Assembly (NCBI GenBank): GCA_963733035.1
Contig: CAVTBU010000005.1
Span: 2,016,001 to 2,080,000, forward strand
DNA length: 64,000 nucleotides
Direction: 5' to 3'
From: Pirellulales bacterium
Lineage (GTDB): Bacteria; Planctomycetota; Planctomycetia; Pirellulales; PALSA-1355
Positions 30,444 through 41,640 of this stretch are shown here, in pieces (the stretch's first letter is position 1; each line of letters begins with the position of its first letter). The position numbers and the translations under genes are program-made. The notes below the pieces were generated by a model that did no database searches, was not told the DNA's origin, and saw nothing but the letters and a program-made list of their open reading frames with translations.

Positions 30444-31067
30444 TCAGCCGGCTCGCAGGAGTCGTGGCGTGCGAATCTTCTGGCCAAACACTCGGCCATG
30501 ACGACGTTCGAGTTGCCGGAAGTCGTATTTCAGAAACTCGTAAACTTCCCGCGGCGGATGCAAGCTTTGCCACTTTTGCGTCAACTCACGCATGCGCGCG
30601 TCGTACTGCCTTTGGGAGTGAGTATGGGCGTAGCATCGGCCCGGATGGCGGCGTAGATCTCCATCGAACGTCGGACTGATATGCCACAACTCGTGGACCA
30701 CCGTGGTCAACTTCTCTTCGAGAGAGCGGTCTAAGAAGCGGGGCAAGTAGAAGCTGAGCAGATAGAGCATCTCGCGGCCTGCATCGTTGTAGAGCCGCTC
30801 GACGGTCCAAGTGCCGCCGCGGCGTCGACTAAGAAGCTCACCCCCTTCGAATCGCATCGGTGTGAGAGAGGCATACAGGCCGTGGCGAGAATGGACGCGG
30901 GCCTGGCAGAACCGAATTGCAACGCGATCGATATCGAGATGCGCCAGTTCCGGCAGCCGCTTGGCCAGGTCGGCACAAAGCCATCGCATGTGCAGCGTGA
31001 AATTGAAACCGGCGGCAGCGGGCGGCAAACCATCACGCTTTTGGTCACTCGATCGTTGCGTGGCCAT
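30444..31067 (-). CDS. Putative Zn metallopeptidase (HEXXH)
   Basis: TTVVHELWHISP followed by a downstream His cluster (YAHTH). Confidence 0.7.
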   Translation of the reverse strand: MATQRSSDQKRDGLPPAAAGFNFTLHMRWLCADLAKRLPELAHLDIDRVAIRFCQARVHSRHGLYASLTPMRFEGGELLSRRRGGTWTVERLYNDAGREMLYLLSFYLPRFLDRSLEEKLTTVVHELWHISPTFDGDLRRHPGRCYAHTHSQRQYDARMRELTQKWQSLHPPREVYEFLKYDFRQLERRHGRVFGQKIRTPRLLRAG

Positions 31068-31128
31068 TCGCCACATCCTTGAGCGAACCTCAGTACACGC
31101 TTCTTTGCTCTGCCCGACGGTTGATGCT

Positions 31129-31701
31129 TTAGGTCGCGGCCTGCTCGAATGCGGGCTTAGTCGACTTTTGACTCACTCGATCACGTTCGCCGACGAACTC
31201 GAGAATTGCGCGGTTGCCAGCATCGCCCAGCCGAGGCTTGGCCAGCTTTAAAATCCGGGTATAGCCGCCTGGACGATCGACATAGCGGGGAGCGACCTCG
31301 GAAAACAGCAACCGCACGGCCTGTTTGTCGCCCAGCAACACAAGTGCGCGCCGCCGCGCGTTAACGACCGGCGCCATGGCCTGATTCCACTTGGTGTACG
31401 CATCGCTCTTGCGCCACTCCTTCCAGGCGGCGCTATCGCGGTCGGCTGTCGTGCCGTGTTTTTCCGCTTCTTCCAACGCCGGCAGCACATTCTTGGCCAG
31501 CGTGATACAGCGCTCGACCACCGGCCGAACCTCCTTCGCCTTTTCAACCGTGGTGATGATGCGGCCCTTCACCTTCGGTGCGTTCTCATCATCCTCGGCA
31601 TCACGCACAGTCAGAAACAAGGCGCTGGCCAGGTTTCGAAGCAAGGCCCGCTGATGAGATGGAGAACGGCCGAGCGTGCGGCCTTTTCGTCGGTGTCGCA
31701 T
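31129..31701 (-). CDS. rplQ: 50S ribosomal protein L17 with insertions
   Basis: MRHR..GRTLGR, ITTVEKAKE, RPGGYTRILKL. Confidence 0.97.
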   Translation of the reverse strand: MRHRRKGRTLGRSPSHQRALLRNLASALFLTVRDAEDDENAPKVKGRIITTVEKAKEVRPVVERCITLAKNVLPALEEAEKHGTTADRDSAAWKEWRKSDAYTKWNQAMAPVVNARRRALVLLGDKQAVRLLFSEVAPRYVDRPGGYTRILKLAKPRLGDAGNRAILEFVGERDRVSQKSTKPAFEQAAT

Positions 31702-31779
31702 GGTAACTGTTGGTTCGATCTATCAAGGGACCCAAGGTCCGGGTGTCATTTTCGGCGGCAAGCCGCCAACGTATTCGCG

Positions 31780-32772
31780 TTACACGCTGGCGATGGGAGC
31801 GGGGATTCGCATGCCCAGGCGCAGCCCCAATTCCGCGAGCTTTTCCCGCACTTCATGCAGGGTCGTCTCGCCAAAATTGCGGACTTCAAGCAATTGGTCT
31901 TCATTCCGACGGACCAGATCTCGCACGGTATGGATATTTTCCGACTCGAGGCAGTTGCTGGCCCGCACCGAAAGTTTGAGTTCCGCCAGGCTCATATTCA
32001 ATTTCGCCTCGAGCCCGGCGTCGGCCGAACCGCCACTGCTGCGTACGCCGGCATGCACTCGAGCGCCCAACTCGCTGTATTGCACGAACGGGCTGAGATG
32101 CTTGCGCAAGATCTTCGCCGATTCAACCAGCGCCATTTCTGGATGAATTGAGCCGTTAGTCCAGATTTCCATCGTCAACTTGTCGTAGTTCGTCTTTTGG
32201 CCGACACGAGTTTCCTCGATCTCGTATCGCACGCGAACCACCGGGCTATAGACGGCGTCGATTGGGATGATGCCGATCTCCTGCACGTTCGGGCTGTGCT
32301 CGGTGGCCGGCACATAGCCGCGACCATTCTCAATCACCATTTCCACGACAAACGGTACGTCGTCGGTGAGCGTGGCAATGACGTGGTCCTTGTTGATCAC
32401 CTCGACCGTCTCGTCGGTCTGCACGTCGGCCCCGGTCACGACGCCGCGAGTGTTCTTCTCCACGCGTACAACCTTGGTCGACTCGGTGTAGTTCTTGACC
32501 ACCAATGACTTGATATTGAGCACAACGTCGGTCATGTCTTCAACAACGCCGGGCAACGTCGTGAATTCATGCTGGGCGCCCTGCACCTTGATCTGGGTGA
32601 TTGCACTGCCTTCCAGGCTGGAGAGCAGAATTCGGCGCAGTCCATTGCCGATCGTCACGCCGAAACCTCGTTCGAACGGCTCGGCCACGAACTTGCCGTA
32701 AGTGCCACTGAGCGTCTTCGTGTCGCAGGTCACTAGACTGGGCAATTCCAGCCCACGCCATCGAATATGCAT
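31780..32772 (-). CDS. rpoA: RNA polymerase alpha subunit
   Basis: [38 protein letters not shown]. Confidence 0.98.
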   Translation of the reverse strand: MHIRWRGLELPSLVTCDTKTLSGTYGKFVAEPFERGFGVTIGNGLRRILLSSLEGSAITQIKVQGAQHEFTTLPGVVEDMTDVVLNIKSLVVKNYTESTKVVRVEKNTRGVVTGADVQTDETVEVINKDHVIATLTDDVPFVVEMVIENGRGYVPATEHSPNVQEIGIIPIDAVYSPVVRVRYEIEETRVGQKTNYDKLTMEIWTNGSIHPEMALVESAKILRKHLSPFVQYSELGARVHAGVRSSGGSADAGLEAKLNMSLAELKLSVRASNCLESENIHTVRDLVRRNEDQLLEVRNFGETTLHEVREKLAELGLRLGMRIPAPIASV

Positions 32773-32940
32773 GTCAAGTCTCCGCAAGCGCCAAGCGGGC
32801 TTCTGCTAGAAGCCCGCGGTCGGGCCAACCGTCAGGGGGTCTGTGTTGTGTCGCTTGCACCTGGCGGGCGGCGGTCCGGCACCGGAGTACAAGCGACACG
32901 GAAAAATTCACTCTACTTTGCCGGGAGCAAAGCTCCGTCT

Positions 32941-33568
32941 CTATTTCGAGCAAAGCTCGATGATCAGCTGAGTTTGCACTGGGATTGAAATATCGTCCGC
33001 CTCGGGCAGCCGAACAACTCGGCCCTCCGGGATCCCGCCCTCGATGAGGGTCAGAAAGTCCGGCACGTTGCGGCGGTTTTCGGCCAGGTTACTTTGCACG
33101 AACTGAAGACTCTTTGCCCGGTTCTTCACACGAATGACGTCTCCGACTCGCACGATGTAGCTCGGAACGTCGACGCGTTTGCCATTTACAGTCACGTGCC
33201 CGTGCGACACAAATTGCCGTGCCTGGGCTCGGCTGCTGCCAAATCCGAGCCGATGCACGACGTTGTCCAAGCGGCGCTCCAACAAGCTCATCAGGGTGTT
33301 GCCCGTATTTCCCTTGCTACGCGCTGCCCGGTCGTAGTAGCCACGAAACTGACGCTCGAGCACGCCGTAATAGTGCTTGACCTTTTGCTTCTCGCGGAGG
33401 TGCGTGGCGTAATCAGTTTGCTTGCCTCGGCGGAACTGGTGCATTCCCGGCGCGGTATCGCGGCGCTCGATACGCGCACTTGGGCGTGTCGCAACGGGTA
33501 CCCTTGAGGAACAACTTCAGGCCGTCGCGGCGACAGAGCCGGCAAACGGGTCCGGTAATACGAGCCAT
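32941..33568 (-). CDS. rpsD: 30S ribosomal protein S4, Zn-binding form (1-nt extra at ~33474)
   Basis: [32 protein letters not shown] joins [12 protein letters not shown]...LREKQK...LERRLDNVV. Confidence 0.95.
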
Positions 33569-33675
33569 ACGTTTCTCTTACAGTAACAGTGGTTTGCTGG
33601 CGTTGGTTTGGTTGATTGCAATCTGCGGAAACCGCGGCTGACCACTCGCAGCAGCAGCGCGGCGGAACGAACGTA

Positions 33676-34056
33676 CTATACGCGGCGTTTCTTGGGCGGA
33701 CGACAACCGTTGTGTGGCAAGGGAGTCACGTCTTCGATGCTCTTGATTGTCATGCCGGCCGCCTGGAGCGAAGTAATCGCGCTTTCGCGCCCGCTGCCAG
33801 GGCCCTTCACGCGGACGTCGAGTTCCTTGACGCCGAACTTGGCCGCTTTTTCGGCGGCTTGTTGTGACGCCATCTGGCCGGCGAACGGCGTGCTCTTGCG
33901 GCTTCCCTTGAAACCGCTTGTGCCAGCGCTCGCCCAACAGAGCACGTCACCCTTGGTATCGGTGATCGTGACTGCCGTGTTGTTGAAGGTCGCTTTGATA
34001 TGCGCGATGCCGACCGTTACGTTGCGACGGACCTTGCGTCGTTTGCTTTTGGCCAC
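33676..34056 (-). CDS. rpsK: 30S ribosomal protein S11
   Basis: [34 protein letters not shown] start. Confidence 0.98.
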   Translation of the reverse strand: MAKSKRRKVRRNVTVGIAHIKATFNNTAVTITDTKGDVLCWASAGTSGFKGSRKSTPFAGQMASQQAAEKAAKFGVKELDVRVKGPGSGRESAITSLQAAGMTIKSIEDVTPLPHNGCRPPKKRRV

Positions 34057-34222
34057 TTCCGATGAACTCCTCAAATACGACTATTCAAGCACACAACGAC
34101 GCGTAACCGATCTGCTCAACGACGATACGGCGACCCGGTTCACACTCGCCATTTCGGCACCGACTGTCTCGACAACCGGTCTCTCGCCCGCCGCAAGATT
34201 CCACTGCGGCGAAAAAACGCGA

Positions 34223-34606
34223 TTACCTCAAATCTTTCACGCCCTTCTTGCCGGCCACGGTCTTTTTCGGACCCTTGCGAGTACGGGCATTGGTTCGAGT
34301 CCGCTGACCGCGTACCGGCAAGCCGCGGCGATGCCGCAAACCGCGATAACAGGCGATGTCACGCAGACGCGAAATGTTTTGCGCCACTTGCCGACGCAAC
34401 TGGCCCTCGACGACGTAGTCTTTATCCAACAGGGCCGCCAACCGGGCCACCTCGTCCTCGTGCAGATCACGCGCCTTCGCACGAGGATCGATGCCGGCCT
34501 TATGGCACAACTCCCGCGCGATCTGCGGCCCCACTCCGTACAAGTACGTGAGCGACACGACGGTCGCCCGATCATTGGGAATATCGACACCCAGCAAACG
34601 CGGCAT
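34223..34606 (-). CDS. rpsM: 30S ribosomal protein S13
   Basis: YRGLRHRRGLPVRGQRTRTNARTRKG. Confidence 0.98.
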   Translation of the reverse strand: MPRLLGVDIPNDRATVVSLTYLYGVGPQIARELCHKAGIDPRAKARDLHEDEVARLAALLDKDYVVEGQLRRQVAQNISRLRDIACYRGLRHRRGLPVRGQRTRTNARTRKGPKKTVAGKKGVKDLR

Positions 34607-34805
34607 ATCTAGTTCTCGCTTCTAAACAATTGCGACGGGCAATATCCCGCTCGGCAATACGTTGCTCGCAAGTGGAGCATGACAAAATACTCGTGCCGCT
34701 GTCCGGCTTGCCACTTACCCGACTCGCCCAGGAGTTCTCAAAGGCAATCCGGCGACAAGAATGGTGACGAGCCACGGCGTGGCCAATCAGTCCTGACGCT
34801 ATGCC

Positions 34806-34919
34806 TTAGCCCTGACGCTGCTTGTGCCGCGGATTGTTGCATACCACGAACACGACGCCCCGGCGACGGACGATTTTGCAGTTCTCACAGATTCGCTTGA
34901 CGCTGGCGCGGACTTTCAT
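34806..34919 (-). CDS. rpmJ: 50S ribosomal protein L36, Zn-binding form
   Basis: [37 protein letters not shown]. Confidence 0.97.
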   Translation of the reverse strand: MKVRASVKRICENCKIVRRRGVVFVVCNNPRHKQRQG

Positions 34920-34969
34920 GGCAGCTTTCGACGGACACGGACGGTTGGCGTAAAGGTCCAAAGCACTTG

Positions 34970-34999
34970 AATATATCCCCTCACCGCCGACGCTTACAA
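34970..34999 (-). promoter_or_regulatory. Candidate promoter for rpmJ and the alpha operon
   Basis: Minus strand TTGTAA-18 nt-TATATT, about 50 nt before the rpmJ ATG. Confidence 0.35.
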
Positions 35000-35171
35000 G
35001 GCCCCTGCGGTGAAGATTTTTCTCCTCCACAGCCCTTGCCGTGCGGTAGGCAAGAGGAAGCTATAAATCGTGACGTTTTTTGGCCTTTTGGCTTACGGTG
35101 CGAGGATCCGGCCGACAGGTGCGACCAGGGCTCGCCCGCGCGAGCAAATGACCTGATTTCTCGAGTCTCCG

Positions 35172-35966
35172 CTAGGCTGGGATTTCCTCGCCATCCTGAG
35201 GTGGACCAGTGAGCACCCAGGGCCCGTTCTCGGTCATTGCGATCGTGTGCTCAAAATGGGCACTCGGACGCGAATCCTGCGTCGCCTGGGTCCAATAGTC
35301 GGGCATGCTCTTAACGTGCTTGCTTCCCATGTTGACCATCGGTTCGACGGCGATTACCAACCCCGGCTCGATGGCAAAATCACCATTGCGGCGCAGCTGG
35401 GCACTGACAAAATTCGGAACCTGTGGATCTTCATGCATCTCGCGGCCGATGCCGTGACCGACGAAGCTCTCGACGACGGAGAATCCCGCATCGCGGACAA
35501 ACGTTCCCATCTCCGAGGCAACCTCGCTCCAACGATTGCGTTTTCCCATTAGATCGATGGCCAAGCTGAGCACGCCGGAGGTAACTTCCAGCAGGCGCTG
35601 CACCTGCGGGTCAATCTGGCCGACCGGCCGTGTTACCGCGGAATCGCCACACCAACCCTCGTATTTGCAGCCCGTGTCGATGCTGACGATATCCCCTTCG
35701 CGCAATACCCGGCGTCCGGGAATACCGTGCACGACTTCGTCGTTGACCGAAATACAGGTCACGGCCGGAAACGGAATCTTGCCCGGCACGCCCTTGAACA
35801 GGGGAATCGCATGGTGCTCGTCGAAAAACCTTTCCACCGCGGCGTCAAGCTCGCCCGTCGTAATCCCAGGCTGCACCATGGCAGCCGTGAGTTCGTGAGC
35901 TTTCCAGACAAGCAAACCAGCTTTGCGCATCTGGGCGATTTCGCGCTGGGAACGCAGAATGTGCAC
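35172..35966 (-). CDS. map: Methionine aminopeptidase type I
   Basis: [41 protein letters not shown]. Confidence 0.96.
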   Translation of the reverse strand: MHILRSQREIAQMRKAGLLVWKAHELTAAMVQPGITTGELDAAVERFFDEHHAIPLFKGVPGKIPFPAVTCISVNDEVVHGIPGRRVLREGDIVSIDTGCKYEGWCGDSAVTRPVGQIDPQVQRLLEVTSGVLSLAIDLMGKRNRWSEVASEMGTFVRDAGFSVVESFVGHGIGREMHEDPQVPNFVSAQLRRNGDFAIEPGLVIAVEPMVNMGSKHVKSMPDYWTQATQDSRPSAHFEHTIAMTENGPWVLTGPPQDGEEIPA

Positions 35967-36080
35967 GCTCTTTCTTCTCCTGTTGTCCTCGACCAAGGTC
36001 GTTAAAAACTCGCGGGCGGCCAGGACCAGGCTGATATGCCTCGCCGCAAGCCAGCTCCCACCGACACTTTAATTTATATG

Positions 36081-36647
36081 CTATTTCGCACGCTCGCGGG
36101 GACTGACGATGTCTTCGATGCGGACAAAAACCTCATCGGGGGTACCCTGGCCGTCCACCGTTCGCAGCAGTTTCTGTCGACTGTAGTAGTCATGGAGCGG
36201 TGCCGTCTGCCGCTCGTATTCCTCAAGCCGGCGGCGCACGATGTCTGGTTGATCGTCCTTTCGCCCGCGAGCCGACAGCCGTCGAATTAATTCCTCGGCA
36301 TCGGCCGTGAGTTCCAGCACCAAATCGAGCGGCGTGCCACGCGCGGCCAAAATCTTGTCGAGCGCGGCGGCCTGACCCAGCGTCCGCGGGAAACCGTCAA
36401 GCAGGTAACCATCGCGACAGTCTGGTGCCTGAAGACGCTCGCTGACAAGCTCGAGCATCAGCTCGTCCGGTACGAGTTGGCCGGATTCCATGTATCGATC
36501 GGCTCGCTTGCCGAGTTCGGTCTGCTCGCTGCAAGCGTGCCGAAGCATTTCACCGGTCGAGAGATGAACAATCCCCAGGCAGGATACTAACCTCTTGGAC
36601 TGGGTGCCTTTCCCCACGCCGGGCGGACCGATGAAAACTAACCGCAT
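36081..36647 (-). CDS. adk: Adenylate kinase (short LID)
   Basis: GPPGVGKGTQ, GQLVPD, LDGFPRT, GRKDD. Confidence 0.96.
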   Translation of the reverse strand: MRLVFIGPPGVGKGTQSKRLVSCLGIVHLSTGEMLRHACSEQTELGKRADRYMESGQLVPDELMLELVSERLQAPDCRDGYLLDGFPRTLGQAAALDKILAARGTPLDLVLELTADAEELIRRLSARGRKDDQPDIVRRRLEEYERQTAPLHDYYSRQKLLRTVDGQGTPDEVFVRIEDIVSPRERAK

Positions 36648-36711
36648 GGTGTCTCGTCTTTCCCGCCCAGCCGCGGCGTAAGTTTCCTGCTACGCCCCGC
36701 GGAAGCTGTCG

Positions 36712-38052
36712 CTACGCTTCCAATAAACCTCGATAGTTCCGCATGACGAGGTGACTGTCGATTTTCTGCACCAGGTCGAACGCCACGCTCACGGCGATCA
36801 ATAAGCTGGTCCCGCCGAAGAACTGTGCCACATTATAGTCCACCGCGAAGATACTGGTGATGATCGTCGGGGCGATGGCCACGACCGCCAAAAACCCAGC
36901 CCCCACGTAGGTGATTCGGACCATCACTTTCTCCAAGTAGTCGGCCGTCCGCTTGCCTGGCCGGTAACCGGGAATGAATGTGCCAAAACTCTTGAGATTC
37001 TCCGACATGTCTTTGGGATTGAACGTAATGGCTGTCCAGAAGTAGCAGAAGAAATAGATCAGCACGATGTACAACAGGTTGTAGACGAAACCGCTCCCGC
37101 GTCGGAACGCCTCCTCCAGATTGACCCAGATGGAGTCCGGATAGGCATTTGAGAGGCTCGTGAACAACAGCGATGGGAACATCAACAAGCTGCTGGCGAA
37201 GATGATCGGCATCACGCCAGCCTGGTTCACCCGCAGCGGCAGATACTGACGCGTGCCGCCATAGACCCGGCGTCCGCGTACGTGCTTGGCACTTTGGGTG
37301 GGAATCCGCCGCTGCCCGAGTGTGATAAACACGACTCCGGCCACCACCGCGACGAATAAGATCAACAGCAGGATGATGACTTCCACGCCGATCTGACCCG
37401 TGCTACTTCCGAGCTCGAGCGAGGAATTGTTGAGCAACGTATAAATCGCGCCCGGCATGTTGGCGAGAATACCGGCCATAATGATCAAACTGATGCCGTT
37501 GCCGATGCCGAACTCGTCGATTTGTTCACCCAGCCACATCAGGAAAATGGTGCCGGCCGTCATCATCGTCACCGTCAAGAGTTGCCAGCTGAACGGCAGC
37601 GAATCATTGACGAGGTAGTCTTCCAAAATCAGTCCGCGACTCGTTAGGTAGCCGAGATAAGCCCAACTTTGCCCGATGCAGAGCACGACCGTCGCATAGC
37701 GCGTGTATTCGTTGATCTTCTTCCGGCCGCTTTCGCCTTCCTTTTGCAGCCGCTCGAGTGGTCCCCAAACGCTCCCCAAGAGCTGAAAGATAATCGAGGC
37801 GGAAATGTAGGGCATGATGCCCAGACCGAAAATCGTGATTTGACTGAGCGACGCGGCGCTGAACACGGCCACCTGCTGGAACAACTGCCCCATGCCGGTG
37901 GATGACTTGAAGAAGGCGGTCATCTGGCTCTGATCGACGATCGGCAGCGGAATTTGCCAACCGACGCGATAGACGGCCAGCAGGCCGAGGGTGAAGAGAA
38001 TCTTCTTCCGCAGTTCGGGAATCGTGAAGACGACGCGGAGTTTTTCCCACAT
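36712..38052 (-). CDS. secY: Preprotein translocase SecY
   Basis: LGIMPYISASII, WLGEQI, GNGISLII, AGVMPIIFA, IPGYRPG, GGTSLLI. Confidence 0.98.
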   Translation of the reverse strand: MWEKLRVVFTIPELRKKILFTLGLLAVYRVGWQIPLPIVDQSQMTAFFKSSTGMGQLFQQVAVFSAASLSQITIFGLGIMPYISASIIFQLLGSVWGPLERLQKEGESGRKKINEYTRYATVVLCIGQSWAYLGYLTSRGLILEDYLVNDSLPFSWQLLTVTMMTAGTIFLMWLGEQIDEFGIGNGISLIIMAGILANMPGAIYTLLNNSSLELGSSTGQIGVEVIILLLILFVAVVAGVVFITLGQRRIPTQSAKHVRGRRVYGGTRQYLPLRVNQAGVMPIIFASSLLMFPSLLFTSLSNAYPDSIWVNLEEAFRRGSGFVYNLLYIVLIYFFCYFWTAITFNPKDMSENLKSFGTFIPGYRPGKRTADYLEKVMVRITYVGAGFLAVVAIAPTIITSIFAVDYNVAQFFGGTSLLIAVSVAFDLVQKIDSHLVMRNYRGLLEA

Positions 38053-38175
38053 GGCTTCGATCCGTCCTTCGTGGAGCCTCCCGGCGCCCGGGGCGGCGGA
38101 GGCCGTTGGGTGGTGCGCCCCGGTCCCTGGGCGATGATCTAGTCTGGAGCCGATACTACCAAATACTGTGCACGT

Positions 38176-38669
38176 TTACTTCCCGGCGGCCTTCTTGCTC
38201 TTGGCCGGCGCCGGCGCCTGCTTGGCCGGCAGCACGTTCGCCTCGCCGCCGGCCGCCTTAATCTTCTCCAGCGCCGTGGCGCTGAAAACGATGGGCCGAG
38301 ATTTTAAGCTTCTTTGTCAACTCGCCGGCACCGAGGATCTTTAACTCGTCGTAGCGACCCTTGGCCAGATCTTTCGCGCAGGCTGTCGAGCGTCACCTCA
38401 TCGCCGTCGGCATACCGGTCGTTCAGATCGCCAACATTGACGGCCTTTACCACCTTGGCAAAGGCATTGTGAAAGCCACGCTTGGGAATTCGGCGAATCA
38501 GCGGGCTGGCGCCACCTTCGAAGATCGACGGTGCGCTCCAGCCGGCCAGCTGACCCTGGCCCTTGTGGCCGCGACCGCTGGTCTTGCCGTGCCCGCTGCC
38601 GGGCCCACGACCGACGCGCTTTTTCTTTTTATGCTTGCGAATACCCCGATTGACATCAGCCAGGTTCAT
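38176..38669 (-). CDS. rplO: 50S ribosomal protein L15 (frame breaks at ~38376 and ~38286)
   Basis: [30 protein letters not shown]; the rest ([29 protein letters not shown] / [14 protein letters not shown]...AAGK*) lies in successive frames. Confidence 0.93.
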
Positions 38670-39152
38670 ACCAGCGTCACTCCCCGCAGGCGCTCGATTT
38701 CCTGCGCGCATGCGCAATTGCTTGAGCGCCTCGATTGAGGCCTTGACTAAATTGACCGGATTGTTGGAGCCGAAGCTCTTCGTCAGAATGTTGTGAATGC
38801 CTGCCGCCTCGCAGACGGCGCGCACCGCATCACCGGCGATTACGCCGGTACCGGGCGAAGCCGGCACGAGGACCACGCGAGCCGAGCCGAATCGGCCTTC
38901 GATCTGGTGTGGAATCGTGCCTTCATCGAGGGCGATTTCGAACATGCTGCGCGAGCCTTCCTTGACGGCCTTTTCGACACTGGGAGGTACTTCGTTGGCC
39001 TTGCCGTAACCCCAACCGACCTTGCCGCGGCCATTGCCCACGACGACCATGGCCGCGAAGCTGAAACGGCGGCCACCCTTGACCACCGCGGCACACCGCT
39101 TGATCTTGATAACCTTGTCGATCAGCTCTCCACGATTGCTGCCTTCAGACAC
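38666..39152 (-). CDS. rpsE: 30S ribosomal protein S5 (frame break at ~38706)
   Basis: [27 protein letters not shown]; true C-terminus [12 protein letters not shown] in the +1 frame ends in an ATGA overlap with rplO. Confidence 0.95.
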
Positions 39153-39263
39153 GTTGACCTTCCCCCAAGCGTGACGCTTGCCAATCTTACTGAATCGTTA
39201 AGTTTACTCAAACCGTCGACCAAGAAAACGGCGTTTTCCCAGACAACTCGGCGGCCGTTTGAA

Positions 39264-39632
39264 CTAGAAACTCAGCCCTGCCTCGCGGGCGGCCGTGGCC
39301 AACGCCGCGACCCGACCGTGATACTGATTCGAACCTCGGTCGAAAGCCACTTGTTTGACGCCGGCCGCCAGCGATCGCTCGGCAATTGCCTTACCGATCA
39401 GCGTCGCCGCGGTGACATTGCCACCATTCTTCACGTCTCCCCGCAAGTCCTTGTCGACGGTGCTAGCGGCAGCCAGGGTCTGGCCGGTGCTATCGTCGAT
39501 CACCTGGGCGTAGACGTGTTTGTGGCTGCGAAACACGGATAATCGCGGCCGCTCGGACGTTCCCCGGACACGCTTTCGCACCCGATATCCGCGTCGCAAC
39601 CGCTGTCGTAATACTGCTCGTTCGTGATTCAC
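39264..39632 (-). CDS. rplR: 50S ribosomal protein L18
   Basis: [26 protein letters not shown]. Confidence 0.97.
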   Translation of the reverse strand: MNHERAVLRQRLRRGYRVRKRVRGTSERPRLSVFRSHKHVYAQVIDDSTGQTLAAASTVDKDLRGDVKNGGNVTAATLIGKAIAERSLAAGVKQVAFDRGSNQYHGRVAALATAAREAGLSF

Positions 39633-39725
39633 TGTATTGCTTCCCGAGCTACAGGACCCAAGAATGTCCAGCGGACGTCATCCGCTGTATTTCTCATCCT
39701 CCGCCCTTCTGCTTGATCCTTTGGA

Positions 39726-40271
39726 TTACTTCGTCATTGCCTTGCCGGCCTTGCGGCGCACTTGCTCGCCATCGTAACGAATGCCCTTGCCTTTATAAGG
39801 CTCAGGTTTTCGCACAGCCCTGACCTCGGCGGCAAACTGGCCGACCAACTGTTTGTCGCTTCCCTTGACCACGACGTGCGTCTGATCGGGGCAGGTCACG
39901 GTTAAACCGGTGGGGATATCCAGGTGAATTTCGTTGGCGAATCCGACCCGCAATTGCAGCTTATTGCCCTGCACGGCAGCCAGATACCCCACACCCACGA
40001 TCTCCAGCTTCTTTTCGTAACCCTTGGTTACGCCTTCGACCATATTTCGGATCACGGCTCGCGACAGCCCGTGCAGGGCGCGAGCCAGCGGGTGATCGCC
40101 CTTGCGCGTGACGACAACCTGCTGCTTGTCGGTATCGAAGGAGACGGTTATTTCGGGCCGTAGATCCCAAGTCAACTTGCCGAGCGGTCCTTCGACCGTG
40201 ACCTCCTTGGCCGTGACGCCAACCTTCACATTCGACGGCACGGCGACGGGTTGTTTTCCGATGCGGGACAT
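39726..40271 (-). CDS. rplF: 50S ribosomal protein L6
   Basis: MSRIGKQP, PEPYKGKGIRY. Confidence 0.98.
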   Translation of the reverse strand: MSRIGKQPVAVPSNVKVGVTAKEVTVEGPLGKLTWDLRPEITVSFDTDKQQVVVTRKGDHPLARALHGLSRAVIRNMVEGVTKGYEKKLEIVGVGYLAAVQGNKLQLRVGFANEIHLDIPTGLTVTCPDQTHVVVKGSDKQLVGQFAAEVRAVRKPEPYKGKGIRYDGEQVRRKAGKAMTK

Positions 40272-40308
40272 TGTCTTACCTTCGCGGCCACGGACGCGGC
40301 CAGTTCGT

Positions 40309-40704
40309 TTACCACAATTCGCAAAGCACTTCGCCGCCCAGATTCTTCTGCCGCGCCTCGCGATCGCTAATCACGCCGCGGCTGGTACTAATGATCGAAA
40401 TGCCCAGACCATTGAGCACGGGGCGGAGGCCATTCGCATGACGATAGACGCGTCGGCCGGGCTTGCTGACGCGCTTGATATGACGAATCACTCGCTCGCC
40501 GTTCGGGCCATACTTCAGTTCGATGCGCAATTCCGGTACGGGCTCTCCGGAGACTTCTTCGAAGCCCCAGATATAGCCTTCGCGCTTGAGCACCTCGGCC
40601 AAGCCACGCTTGACCTTTGACAGTGGCATCGTCACGTTTGGCCGCTCAACGCGCACCGCATTGCGGATGCGAGTGAGCATATCGGCGATGGGGTCGGTCA
40701 TCAT
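40309..40704 (-). CDS. rpsH: 30S ribosomal protein S8
   Basis: [27 protein letters not shown]. Confidence 0.98.
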   Translation of the reverse strand: MMTDPIADMLTRIRNAVRVERPNVTMPLSKVKRGLAEVLKREGYIWGFEEVSGEPVPELRIELKYGPNGERVIRHIKRVSKPGRRVYRHANGLRPVLNGLGISIISTSRGVISDREARQKNLGGEVLCELW

Positions 40705-40722
40705 GTTTGCAAAGTTCCCCTG

Positions 40723-40908
40723 TTACCAACTCGCCTTCTTGACGCCCGGAATCAGCCCTTCGTCGGCCAACTCACGGAAGCAGATACGGCAGATTCCAAA
40801 TTTGCGGTACACCGCCCGAGGCCGCCCACAGATCTTGCACCGCCGAACGCGGCGGGTACTGAACTTGGGCGTTTCCAGGGCCTTGGCAATTTTCGATTTA
40901 CTCGCCAT
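40723..40908 (-). CDS. rpsN: 30S ribosomal protein S14 type Z (Zn-binding)
   Basis: 61 aa, RCKICGR...CRICFRE...KASW. Confidence 0.97.
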   Translation of the reverse strand: MASKSKIAKALETPKFSTRRVRRCKICGRPRAVYRKFGICRICFRELADEGLIPGVKKASW

Positions 40909-40961
40909 GAACTTCCTGCCTTACTCGATACATCTGGTGTTTTCAGTAGTGAGCGATGGCC

Positions 40962-41592
40962 TCAAGCCGCGCCCGCCTTGCCCTCGGTCGATTCCTCGGT
41001 CTTGAACGGCATGCCGAAGCCCCGCAACAACTCGCGCGACTCACCGTCTCCCTTCGACCCGGTCATCACTAAGGTCACATTCATTCCTTGTGGCCGCACG
41101 AACTTGTCGGGGTTCAACTCGGGAAATACCAATTGCTCGGTGAGCCCGAGGCTGTAGTTGCCGTGGCCATCGAACGCCTTGGGACTGAGTCCCCGAAAGT
41201 CTCGCACGCGCGGCAGAGCCACGGAAATCAAGCGATCCAAAAACTCGTACATCCGCGGCCCACGCAGCGTCACCTTGGCACCGATTGGCAATCCCTCCCG
41301 CAAGCGGAAGTTGGCAATCGCCTTGCGCGCCTTCGTCACCAGGGCCTTTTGCCCGGTAATCTGCGCTACGCGCCGCGGCCGCGTCTTCAATGTGCTTCTT
41401 CTCGGTGATTGCACTGCCGACGCCCATGCTGACGACGATCTTTTCCAGCCGCGGCAAGGCATGGACATTCGCGCGACCCAGCTTCTGCGCCAAGGCCGGC
41501 CGGATCTCTTTTTCGTATCGTTCCCACAGCCGTGGCGGCACTGCTTCGGCCTGCTGCTCGGGAACTTCGGTTTGTTTTGTTTTCTTCGCCAT
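40962..41592 (-). CDS. rplE: 50S ribosomal protein L5 (1-nt extra at ~41370)
   Basis: [13 protein letters not shown] in one frame; ITGQK...LPRVRDFRG...FDGHGNY in the next. Confidence 0.95.
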
Positions 41593-41640
41593 GATTCACT
41601 CAGCCACGTTTTGGGCCGCGTTGATTTGTTCTACGTCGAT

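Noticed and set aside
38304..39152. Apparent S5-L15 fusion protein (282-aa ORF)
   Set aside because: A frame slip at GCGCGC 38704-09 hides the normal S5 end ([12 protein letters not shown]), which overlaps the rplO ATG; the fusion is an artefact.
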